From Nanobdellati archaeon (lineage in GTDB: Archaea; Nanobdellota; Nanobdellia; Woesearchaeales; GCA-2686295), in the NCBI GenBank assembly GCA_014384375.1, contig JACNFY010000020.1:65222-129221 (forward strand): a DNA stretch of 64,000 nt. The letters run 5' to 3'. Position numbers and translations under genes: made by a program. This document shows positions 25,272-33,681 of the stretch, in pieces (the stretch's first letter is position 1; each line of letters starts with the position of its first letter). The notes under the pieces were generated by a model. The model saw only the letters and a list, made by a program, of their open reading frames with translations, made no database searches and was not told the DNA's origin.

Positions 25272-25951
25272 TGCGTCAACCTTCTAAAAATCATCCTAAG
25301 ACCTATCTTAATACTGTTCCAACCACTCTGTCCCTTTCCTTTTGAATAGTCAGAATATGTTATTGTAACAGGCACTTCTTTATAAGGAATCTTCTTAAGA
25401 TGTATTTCCTCAACAATCTGAGATGCGTGCTCCATCCTATCAGAAGTTATATTTATCTGCTGAGCAGCGTTCCTTGAGAAAACCCTAAAACCATTATGAG
25501 AATCAGAAAGCTTAATACCACACAAAAACCAAACAACAAGAATTCCAACTTTCAAAACAATCCTTCTCATAAAAGGAGTGTTTGAATCATGCTTTAAGAA
25601 TCTTGAGCCAAGAGCAACTCCTGCTTTTCCACTTTTAACAACTTTCAAAAGACTCTCTATATCCTCAGGATGATGCTGTCCGTCAGCATCAAAAGTCACA
25701 ATGTAATCAGCGCTTTTAGAAAGAGCATAATCAATTCCTGTCTCCAAAGAAGCTCCCTGCCCACGATTAACCAAATGCTTAAGAACAGAAACTTTCTCCT
25801 TTAAAGCAGCTTCAAAAGTTTTATCTTTAGAACCATCATCAACCACAACAATGTTTCTATAGCCATGTCTCTTCAAACCTTTGATAACTCTACCTATTGA
25901 TTTATCTTCATTATAAGCTGCAATAACCACATAAACATTGCCTTTTTTCAT
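25268..25951 (-). CDS. GT2 polyprenyl-phosphate sugar synthase-like glycosyltransferase (ArnC/GtrB-like)
   Basis: Probable start MKKGNVYVVIAAYNE at 25951, forming an ATGA overlap with the upstream stop. DDGSKD and DADGQH (DxD) motifs. The stop overlaps the convergent GGR stop. Confidence 0.75.
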   Translation of the reverse strand: MKKGNVYVVIAAYNEDKSIGRVIKGLKRHGYRNIVVVDDGSKDKTFEAALKEKVSVLKHLVNRGQGASLETGIDYALSKSADYIVTFDADGQHHPEDIESLLKVVKSGKAGVALGSRFLKHDSNTPFMRRIVLKVGILVVWFLCGIKLSDSHNGFRVFSRNAAQQINITSDRMEHASQIVEEIHLKKIPYKEVPVTITYSDYSKGKGQSGWNSIKIGLRMIFRRLTH

Positions 25952-26289
25952 CTTGTTATCAAAAACACTCCGACTATTATAAAGATAATCCCCAACCATT
26001 TATAATTGTTCATCCTCTCGTTTAGAAACTTTATTGAAAGCAATGATATCCATACATATGAAAAAGAGGTTATAGGATAAACCAATGATAGCTCAGCAAA
26101 CTTCAAAGCCCACACATAAAACACTGAGGATACCAAAAATAAAAATATTCCAAACAACAATTTATAATTCTTTATCTGCTTGAAAATATTCCTGTGAATG
26201 TCAGCAGACCCCTTCTTCAAGTAAAGAGAGCCAAAAGCACCTATGAAAGTAGCAAACAAAGTGAGTAAAATAACAGTTAATTCATCCAT
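25948..26289 (-). CDS. small 4-TM EamA/DMT half-transporter (ArnE/ArnF-like flippase subunit)
   Basis: About 113 aa from MDELTV (the track ORF extends to 26319). Four TM helices, FAELSLVYPITSFSYVW motif. Paired with a paralog immediately upstream. Confidence 0.65.
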   Translation of the reverse strand: MDELTVILLTLFATFIGAFGSLYLKKGSADIHRNIFKQIKNYKLLFGIFLFLVSSVFYVWALKFAELSLVYPITSFSYVWISLLSIKFLNERMNNYKWLGIIFIIVGVFLITR

Positions 26290-26644
26290 GATTAGCACCC
26301 CAACCAATAAAACTAACACCTGTTATTACTATAATCAAACCAATCCAATTCACTAAAAGAATGGATTCCAGAAGTACAAATGTTGAAAGCAAGAAAACCC
26401 ATACAAAACTCAAAGCTATAAAAGGATACAACACTGATAGCTCTCCATATTTTAACGCGATTATAAGAACTATAGCACCTATACCATATAAGAAGAAACC
26501 TCCAACTAAGGGAACATTCAGAATCGAAATAAAAGTATCTGAAATCTTCACAGTTCCAAGCTTTATAAAATATTGACCAAAAGAAGTCAAGAAAGTACAA
26601 ACAACAACTAGTAAAATAGCGAATAAAGGAGTTCTATTTTTCAT
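26282..26644 (-). CDS. small 4-TM EamA/DMT half-transporter (ArnE/ArnF-like flippase subunit)
   Basis: 120 aa, four TM helices, YGELSVLYPFIALSFVWVFLLS motif. Confidence 0.65.
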   Translation of the reverse strand: MKNRTPLFAILLVVVCTFLTSFGQYFIKLGTVKISDTFISILNVPLVGGFFLYGIGAIVLIIALKYGELSVLYPFIALSFVWVFLLSTFVLLESILLVNWIGLIIVITGVSFIGWGANHG

Positions 26645-26683
26645 GCTCTGTTAGAAAAAAGCAAGATTTAAATAGTTTCTCCA

Positions 26684-28366
26684 ATGAGCAATACTATGGG
26701 TGATGAGCTAAGAATTAATCTGAAAAAAGAGTTTAAACTACTAAAAAAGAACTGGAACTGGATCGTCCTAATTCTAATAATAATTCTAGGAACATACTTT
26801 AGAGTTTATCATATAGATTACCCCGCTATAGGCTATCATAACTGGAAAGAAGTTCACTACTTAACAGAAGCCAGAAATTTCGCTAAAGATGGATTCTTCA
26901 AGTACGGATTCTTTATTCCAACATATGATTACTTCCTTGGAAGAGAAGGCCCTGAAGGTGAGCATCCTGACTCCTTCCCAACAACATCAATACTTGTTGG
27001 AATTGTTTTTAAGCTGTTTGGAACCAGCCTTGTAGGCGCAAGACTTGTTAGCATAATATTTAGCTTGGGAACAATTATAGTAATGTACTTATTAGCTAAA
27101 AAGTTGTTTGGAAGAGAAGATTATGCATTAATCGTAGCTTTCATCACAGCAACATCCCCCCTGTTAATCTTCTTTGGAAGACAAGTCCAACTTGAACCAA
27201 TAGCATTATTCTTTATGGTCCTAACAGGTTATTTTTTCCTTAAATGGAAAGAAAATCCAACAATGAGAAATATTGTGTTAACATCAGCTTCATTTGCTCT
27301 TGCATTTCTGCCAAGATATGACCACTTTACAATCATCGTTCCTATTTTATTCATTTTCCCATACAAAAAACTTCTAGAAAAAAAGTTGTGGAAACAATTT
27401 GCCGTTGCAATTATAATCCTGCTTACAATCCCTGCTTGGCTTCTTTACACTAAGATAGTAGGTGACAGATTGGATACGACAATTGTTCCTGAAGGAATAC
27501 AACCAAGCTTATTGTTTAACTCTGCGTGGTGGACACCAATACAAGCGTATCTAAGAGATAACTACACAATGTTTGGAGTCTGGCTAGCAGTGATAGGACT
27601 TGTTTTTCTTATTTTCTTCTTCTATAAAAATAGAAACCAAAGCAACAGATTCCTGCTCGGATTTGCAATCAGCATAATACCATGGGTGATAATAAGTGCG
27701 AAATATTTGAAAGGACACGCTTACCATCAATATCCAGGAGCACCTATTTTTATTTTGTTTGAAGCATTCGCTATTCTAAGCATTTCTTCAACAATAGGAG
27801 GTTTTGTGAAAAAAAAATACAGACCATATATCTCATACACAATAAGCTTACTGATTCTTGCAACACTTCTTTTTGGTTTTGGTATTGTTGAAGGAGAGAT
27901 TGCTGCAAAAAACCGTGTCTTTGACACTCAATTCGTTGGTTTAGATATTGCAGGAAGATACATTCTTGAAAATTCGCAACCAACAGAGAGAATACTACAT
28001 CCTGGACATCAGATATACGGAGTGATGTGGCACTCTAACAGAAAAGGATTAAAAATACCTAAGAGTGTTGAGGAAGTGATGGAGAAAGAAGCAGAAGGTG
28101 CAAACTGGGTTTTCATCTATCAATGGGGCTTCTCAATACCACAGAAATATCCTGATGTCTGGAGTTATGTCACGCAAAACTATGAGTTGAAACAAATAGC
28201 ATTTCAAAATGTTGGACAAACAAGCACACCAATATACTTCTTGCTGAAGAGAGGTGGGAGCTTTAACGAATCAAACTTAAATGTGATGATTCAGAACAAA
28301 CCGACGTTTAGTCAGGAATATGAATTCACAAGAGGAAAACAAATAATTAACTACATAAATATTTAG
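26684..28366 (+). CDS. GT-C fold glycosyltransferase (ArnT/PMT, GT39/GT83-like)
   Basis: 560 aa. Ten or more TM helices in the N-terminal region, a first-loop acidic/aromatic motif (YHNWKEVHYLTEARNFAKDGFF) and a soluble C-terminal domain. Divergent from the GT2/EamA genes. Confidence 0.65.
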   Translation: MSNTMGDELRINLKKEFKLLKKNWNWIVLILIIILGTYFRVYHIDYPAIGYHNWKEVHYLTEARNFAKDGFFKYGFFIPTYDYFLGREGPEGEHPDSFPTTSILVGIVFKLFGTSLVGARLVSIIFSLGTIIVMYLLAKKLFGREDYALIVAFITATSPLLIFFGRQVQLEPIALFFMVLTGYFFLKWKENPTMRNIVLTSASFALAFLPRYDHFTIIVPILFIFPYKKLLEKKLWKQFAVAIIILLTIPAWLLYTKIVGDRLDTTIVPEGIQPSLLFNSAWWTPIQAYLRDNYTMFGVWLAVIGLVFLIFFFYKNRNQSNRFLLGFAISIIPWVIISAKYLKGHAYHQYPGAPIFILFEAFAILSISSTIGGFVKKKYRPYISYTISLLILATLLFGFGIVEGEIAAKNRVFDTQFVGLDIAGRYILENSQPTERILHPGHQIYGVMWHSNRKGLKIPKSVEEVMEKEAEGANWVFIYQWGFSIPQKYPDVWSYVTQNYELKQIAFQNVGQTSTPIYFLLKRGGSFNESNLNVMIQNKPTFSQEYEFTRGKQIINYINI

Positions 28367-28393
28367 ATTTTTAATTAAAAATAGTGATCTAAT

Positions 28394-29179
28394 ATGCCTG
28401 CATATGGTTATTTTCCACAAAAAAACAAGCTAAAAGATTTTCTCTTAAGGATAATTGGATTACCACATCCAGGAGGGAGGTTAAGAACAAACATTTTTCT
28501 AAGCATGTTTGTAAATAAAGGATTAACTCTCGATGCGGGTTGTGGAGAAGGGGCTGTTTGTAGAGAGCTTTCCAAAAGAGGATATAAAATGGTTGGAATT
28601 GACATAAACAGGGAAGGATTAGAATACGCTAAAGATGCAGCAAAGAAGATTAATACAAAACCAGTTTTCATATGTGGGAATATAGAGAAAATACCTTTTC
28701 CAGAAAACAAATTTGACCAAGTAGTATCTCTAGATGTTTTAGAACACGTTAACAACCACATGAAAGCTATCAAAGAGATAAGAAGAGTCTTGAAAAAAGG
28801 AGGAACATTTATTGCCTCAATGCCAACACCCTACTACTTGACAAAGTCATTACTTGGAATCAATTTCGAGAACGAACTTAAAGCTATTGGCCATTTAAGA
28901 GCAGGATATATTTACAAAGACTTTAAAAAAATACTTGAACAAAACGGCTTCAAAGTAGTTGCTCATAAGGAATACTACGGATTCTTTTCAAGATTATCCA
29001 ATGAGTTAGTTTATCTTATTCTTGGGGCAAAAAGAATTTCAAAAGCTAGAAAAAAGATGTATGGATTCAGCTTTTTATCAATTATTACATTTATAATGAT
29101 TTACTCTTTTATGAAATTAGATTTTCTTCTTCCTTTTTGTAAACAAGGACTTGTTATGGTAAAAGCGATAAAGAAGTAA
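28394..29179 (+). CDS. class I SAM-dependent methyltransferase with C-terminal membrane segment
   Basis: 261 aa. Motif I LDAGCGEGAV, post-I GIDIN, and a hydrophobic tail. Confidence 0.7.
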   Translation: MPAYGYFPQKNKLKDFLLRIIGLPHPGGRLRTNIFLSMFVNKGLTLDAGCGEGAVCRELSKRGYKMVGIDINREGLEYAKDAAKKINTKPVFICGNIEKIPFPENKFDQVVSLDVLEHVNNHMKAIKEIRRVLKKGGTFIASMPTPYYLTKSLLGINFENELKAIGHLRAGYIYKDFKKILEQNGFKVVAHKEYYGFFSRLSNELVYLILGAKRISKARKKMYGFSFLSIITFIMIYSFMKLDFLLPFCKQGLVMVKAIKK

Positions 29180-29191
29180 GAACAAAAATTC

Positions 29192-29590
29192 TTAATTTGT
29201 AATTAGTCTCGTTACTTTAAACAAAATAAATCTGATGATAAATAAACCTCCAACAACCATTGTGGTAGCTATAACGGTTGGAATTAACAAAATATCTATG
29301 AAAAACCAAGTCAAAACAATATTAAGCAAAGCTGAGATTACTTGGATAAAAGTGTACTTCAGGAATTGCCCTTTTATTAGCCTTATTAAAATGTATAAGT
29401 AGAATTTTAATAAAAAAATGACTGCTACAACTAGACTGACCGAGATTATAGTCTTTATATTAAATATGTCTATGAATAGCCAAACAAATAATATGTTAAG
29501 AATAGAAGCAATAATCCCTATAAATGTGAACTTAGAAAAATGAACTATTAATTTTTTCAAATATTCTTTTGTAAGCATTTGTTTAATCAT
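29192..29590 (-). CDS. GtrA-family membrane protein (lipid-linked sugar translocation)
   Basis: 132 aa, four TM helices. FSKFTFIGIIASILNILFVWLFIDIF and a repeated second half typical of GtrA. Confidence 0.65.
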   Translation of the reverse strand: MIKQMLTKEYLKKLIVHFSKFTFIGIIASILNILFVWLFIDIFNIKTIISVSLVVAVIFLLKFYLYILIRLIKGQFLKYTFIQVISALLNIVLTWFFIDILLIPTVIATTMVVGGLFIIRFILFKVTRLITN

Positions 29591-29599
29591 TTTAACAAC

Positions 29600-30301
29600 T
29601 TACTTCTTCAATTCTATTATGTTCAACAAACACCAATTAGGATATGCTAAAAACTTGTTTAAAAACTTGTGAAGAAAAACAACTTTAGACGGGAAAAAAA
29701 ATGTTAAGAAAGATGAAATTGGATAAGTTGGAAATAAACCTTTTCTCATCAATACTTTCAATCCTTTCTCTTTTAATAAGTCAAGATATTCATTAATTGG
29801 TCTATCACCCTTATGTCTATCAATGGTACTAGTCCTTAGAAGTTTGCCAAGAAATAGAAAAGAAATTCTTGAAGCAAAATGAGCTAGATTCGGAACAGAG
29901 ATTAATATTATACCATTCTTCTTCACTATTCTTTTAATCTCTTTTACAGCCAAATCTTGTTCTTCAAAATTAAAATGCTCAATCACATCTAAAGCCATCA
30001 CTAAATCAAAAGAATCACTCTTAAATCTCATTTTAGTAATATCCCCTCTTATCACGTTCTTCGAAGAATAATTATAATCTAAACCTACAATATCATATCC
30101 TTTCTTTTTGAATTCCTCTACAAGAACTCCTTCTCCACAACCAAGGTCTATTATTTTTTTATTCTTAGGAATCCTAGAAATATATTTTTTGATAAAAACC
30201 ATTTTCTCAACGTAGATTGAGTAAAACTTCCAGTTTTTATCCAAATGTTTGTGATACTCTCCTTTTTGAGCATATTCTCCTTTAACAACTTTCTTGGTCA
30301 T
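29600..30301 (-). CDS. class I SAM-dependent methyltransferase
   Basis: 233 aa. Motif I IIDLGCGEGVL, then VGLDYN and ALDVIEH. Confidence 0.75.
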   Translation of the reverse strand: MTKKVVKGEYAQKGEYHKHLDKNWKFYSIYVEKMVFIKKYISRIPKNKKIIDLGCGEGVLVEEFKKKGYDIVGLDYNYSSKNVIRGDITKMRFKSDSFDLVMALDVIEHFNFEEQDLAVKEIKRIVKKNGIILISVPNLAHFASRISFLFLGKLLRTSTIDRHKGDRPINEYLDLLKEKGLKVLMRKGLFPTYPISSFLTFFFPSKVVFLHKFLNKFLAYPNWCLLNIIELKK

Positions 30302-30303
30302 TT

Positions 30304-31218
30304 TTAAAGAACAATCTTTATTCCTTGTTGTAAGTTTATTTGAGACTTAAACTTTAAATCTGACTTAGCTTTAGAAACATTCGCATATGAATGCTTTACA
30401 TCTCCTGGTCTTGATTTTTCATGTATTGGTTTCAAATCTGTTCCTAAGACTTCATTCATAATTTCCACTAACTCTAAAACACTAGTTCTTTTTCCTGAAG
30501 CGACATTGTATACTTTTCCATCAGATTTCTTGCTCTTCATCGCTAACAAGTTTAATTTAATAACATCATCAACAAATATGAAATCTCTTGTTTGCTTACC
30601 ATCCCCATAAATTATTGGTTTTTTTCCTTTTTTCATCAAGGATAAGAATTTTGGAATAACTGCCGCATACTCTGAGTTTGGGTTCTGTCTAGGTCCATAA
30701 ACATTAAAGTATCTTAAAGAAGTTGTTCTTAAACCATAAACATTGTAAAACAACTTACAATATTGTTCTCCTATTATCTTGTGAGCTGCATATGGAGAAA
30801 AAGGATTCAGCTCTTGACCCTCTTTTATTGGCAGCTTGTTTGTATTCCCATAGACAGCTGACGAAGAAGCAAAAATAACTTTTCTGACACCACTATCTCT
30901 TGCTGCCAACAAAACATTGAAGGTTCCCTTAACATTCACATCATGTGTCTCTTTTGGATGATTAACTGAATACGGCACTGATGGTAAGGCTGCGTAGTGA
31001 AGCACATAATCAACATTTTTCATGATTCTCTTCAAAAATCTTAGATTTGTAACATCCCCCCTCTTAAAGTTCACTTTCTTAATGAAATGCTTTATATTAT
31101 TCTTATTTCCGGTTGAGAAATTGTCTATTCCAACAACGTTATAATCTTTTTTTAAGAGTTGTTCAGCAGTATTACTACCTATGAATCCAGCAATACCAGT
31201 TATCAGAACAGTCGTCAT
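30304..31218 (-). CDS. NAD-dependent nucleotide-sugar 4-epimerase (WbpP/TviC-like SDR)
   Basis: 304 aa. ITGIAGFIGS, SSSAVYG, SPYAAHK (YxxxK), RYFNVYGPRQ. Confidence 0.75.
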   Translation of the reverse strand: MTTVLITGIAGFIGSNTAEQLLKKDYNVVGIDNFSTGNKNNIKHFIKKVNFKRGDVTNLRFLKRIMKNVDYVLHYAALPSVPYSVNHPKETHDVNVKGTFNVLLAARDSGVRKVIFASSSAVYGNTNKLPIKEGQELNPFSPYAAHKIIGEQYCKLFYNVYGLRTTSLRYFNVYGPRQNPNSEYAAVIPKFLSLMKKGKKPIIYGDGKQTRDFIFVDDVIKLNLLAMKSKKSDGKVYNVASGKRTSVLELVEIMNEVLGTDLKPIHEKSRPGDVKHSYANVSKAKSDLKFKSQINLQQGIKIVL

Positions 31219-32171
31219 TTTATTATTTCCCTAATAGAATAATTCTCATCTCTTTTATAATATAACTTTATCATGATATCTGCTAAGAATCCAAACATTA
31301 TGAATTGTACACCGAGGACTATAAGTAAAACACTCAAGAAAAGCAAAGGTCTATTGCCAATAACTTGGCCAAAAAAGAATTTTATGATAACAAGATACAA
31401 ACCTATGATGAATCCTAAGAAACCACTAGCCAAACCTAGAGCTCCAAATAGGTGTATTGGCCTAGCAGAATATTGCATCCAGAATTTCACAACCAATAAA
31501 TCTAAAAATCCACGGAAAACTCTCAGTGGACCATATTTTGTTTTTCCAAACTTTCTATAATGATGCTTAACTTTTATCTCTCCAATTCTGAAGCCTCTTA
31601 TTGAAAGTATTAATGGTATAAACCTGTGCATCTCACCGAATAAAGTCAATCCTTCAAAACATTCCCTTTTATAAGCTTTCAAGGTGCATCCTGAATCATG
31701 AACCTTATCATCAACAATCATTTTTCTGATAAAACCTGCTATTAAAGAGAAAATCTTCTTTGAAAAACTATCCTTGCGTTTATATCTCCAACCAGAGACA
31801 CAATCATAACCATCTTTCATCTTTGCTAGTAATCTTGGAATATCCTCTGGATTGTTTTGAAGATCAGCATCAGTTGCAACAATTATTTTACCTTCTGCAT
31901 TTTTGAACCCTGCATCAAGAGCTGCTGTTTGTCCGAAATTTCTTCTAAACACTATTATTTTTACAAGTTTATCTTTCTCATGGATTCTCTTCAAAGATTC
32001 AAGAGTTCCATCTCTTGAGCCATCATCCACAAATATTATCTCATATGGTTTACCAATTCGCTTAAGAACTTCAGATAGTTTCTTGTATAGTAAAAAAACA
32101 TTTTTATCCTCATTATAAGCAGGTATAACAATTGATATTTCAGGCTCGTTCATTTTTATACCACTCCACAA
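31215..32171 (-). CDS. GT2 polyprenyl-phosphate glycosyltransferase with C-terminal TM helices (GtrB/DPM-like)
   Basis: 318 aa. ISIVIPAYNE...FVDDGSRDGT, DADLQN, two C-terminal TM helices. Alternative start MNEPEIS at 32153. Confidence 0.8.
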   Translation of the reverse strand: MWSGIKMNEPEISIVIPAYNEDKNVFLLYKKLSEVLKRIGKPYEIIFVDDGSRDGTLESLKRIHEKDKLVKIIVFRRNFGQTAALDAGFKNAEGKIIVATDADLQNNPEDIPRLLAKMKDGYDCVSGWRYKRKDSFSKKIFSLIAGFIRKMIVDDKVHDSGCTLKAYKRECFEGLTLFGEMHRFIPLILSIRGFRIGEIKVKHHYRKFGKTKYGPLRVFRGFLDLLVVKFWMQYSARPIHLFGALGLASGFLGFIIGLYLVIIKFFFGQVIGNRPLLFLSVLLIVLGVQFIMFGFLADIMIKLYYKRDENYSIREIIK

Positions 32172-33093
32172 ACATCTTAATTCCTTCCTCTATTTTAATC
32201 TTTGGTTTATAACCTAGTAACCTTTTTGCTTTACTTATATCTGCGTATGTTATAGGCACATCACCTTGTGGCATTTCTTTCTGTTCTATTATCGCCTTTC
32301 TTCCAACAGCATCTTCTACAACTTCTATGAACCTCTTCAACTTTACAGGTTTAGAATCGCCAAGATTTATTATCTCAAACCCAAATTCTTTATTGAGAGC
32401 AGAGAGTACCCCTTCTACAATATCACCAACATAAGTGTAATCTCTTGCAGAAGAGCCATCCCCATACATCTGTATTGGTAAACCATGATATATCCTGGCT
32501 GTGAATTTGTATGGTGCCATGTCGGGTCTTCCTCTTGGACCATAAACTGTGAAGAATCTTAGAGCTACTGTGTTTAAATTGTATAAGTAATGATAATTAT
32601 TGCAAAAAAGCTCTCCTGCTCTTTTAGTAACAGCGTAAGGGCTAACCTGCTTAATAACCCTGTCTGATTCTGAGAATGGAACTTTTCTGTTAACCCCATA
32701 AACACTTGATGACGAGCCAAAAACAAAATTTTTTATCTTGAAATGACGTGACAGATCTAAAAGATTAAGTGTTCCCTTAATGTTTACAGATTCATATATG
32801 TGTGGATTCTTTATAGAAGGTCGTACACCTGCTCTTGCTGCTAAATGAACAACTGAATCAATTTTGTGCTTTGAGAAAATCTTAAAGAGCTCATTATAAT
32901 GGGTTATGTCAACCTTATAAAACTTAAAGCTCTTGTTTCTAAGATTATGAGTGATGTTCTTTCTCTTGAATTTAGGGTCATAGTAGGCGTTAAGATTGTC
33001 AACACAGATTATTCTCTCACCCTCCGATAGAAGTTTATCACAGACATGACTACCTATGAATCCCGCTCCGCCCGTAACTAAAATCGTTCTCAT
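32140..33093 (-). CDS. NAD-dependent epimerase, UDP-glucuronate 4-epimerase-like
   Basis: 317 aa. VTGGAGFIGSH, the DNLNAYYDPKFK signature of GlcA/GalA epimerases, SPYAVTK, RFFTVYGPRGRPDMA. Confidence 0.7.
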   Translation of the reverse strand: MRTILVTGGAGFIGSHVCDKLLSEGERIICVDNLNAYYDPKFKRKNITHNLRNKSFKFYKVDITHYNELFKIFSKHKIDSVVHLAARAGVRPSIKNPHIYESVNIKGTLNLLDLSRHFKIKNFVFGSSSSVYGVNRKVPFSESDRVIKQVSPYAVTKRAGELFCNNYHYLYNLNTVALRFFTVYGPRGRPDMAPYKFTARIYHGLPIQMYGDGSSARDYTYVGDIVEGVLSALNKEFGFEIINLGDSKPVKLKRFIEVVEDAVGRKAIIEQKEMPQGDVPITYADISKAKRLLGYKPKIKIEEGIKMFVEWYKNERA

Positions 33094-33153
33094 GAGGAGC
33101 AGGATATTAAAATGATTTATAAAACTATTTCCTAGAAGAAAAAATAAGGTCTC

Positions 33154-33681
33154 TCACTTAATAACTTCAAGAAGATAATGTATTTCTGATGAAGGAAAAA
33201 CCCAGCAAAAAAATCTTTGATAAAAAAGAGGAAATAAATTAATAATAAAATCAAAAGGTAAGGAATAAAACTTTGAATTCATAAAAGACTTACCTGAGAA
33301 AAAAAATATTCTTTTCCTTATAATTTTAAACTTTGCTTTTGAATAATAGCCTTTCTCAGAAAAATAATCAAACGTTTTGTAAGTGAAAAATCTCTTATGT
33401 TGCGGATCATTAAAAGCTCCTTGACCTGAAAAATAAGGAGCTATCACTTTTAATCTTCCTTGAGGCTTTAATAATCTATTAATTTCTTCTAAGACAGCGA
33501 ATAAATCTTCAACATGTTCCAAAAAATGTTTGCAGAAAACTTCATCAAAATGATTTTTTTTAAAAGGATAAGGAAATTTATCCAAATCATGAACAACATC
33601 AACTCCAGGTAACTTTGCAACATCAACATTCAAGTATTCTTCAAGTATGTTTCTGCCACATCCTAAATGTAGTTTATTCAT
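33154..33681 (-). CDS. SAM-dependent methyltransferase (Methyltransf_11-like)
   Basis: 175 aa. LHLGCGRN, HFLEHVED. The start overlaps the aglB stop by 8 nt. Confidence 0.65.
   Translation of the reverse strand: MNKLHLGCGRNILEEYLNVDVAKLPGVDVVHDLDKFPYPFKKNHFDEVFCKHFLEHVEDLFAVLEEINRLLKPQGRLKVIAPYFSGQGAFNDPQHKRFFTYKTFDYFSEKGYYSKAKFKIIRKRIFFFSGKSFMNSKFYSLPFDFIINLFPLFYQRFFCWVFPSSEIHYLLEVIK

Noticed and set aside
26313-26600. A same-strand alternative-frame ORF (95 aa) inside the EamA-like gene, and a similar one at 47390..47689 inside phnD.
   Set aside because: They overlap well-supported membrane and binding-protein frames. Their sequences are Cys/Trp/Arg-rich with no TM or domain logic, and there are no start signals.
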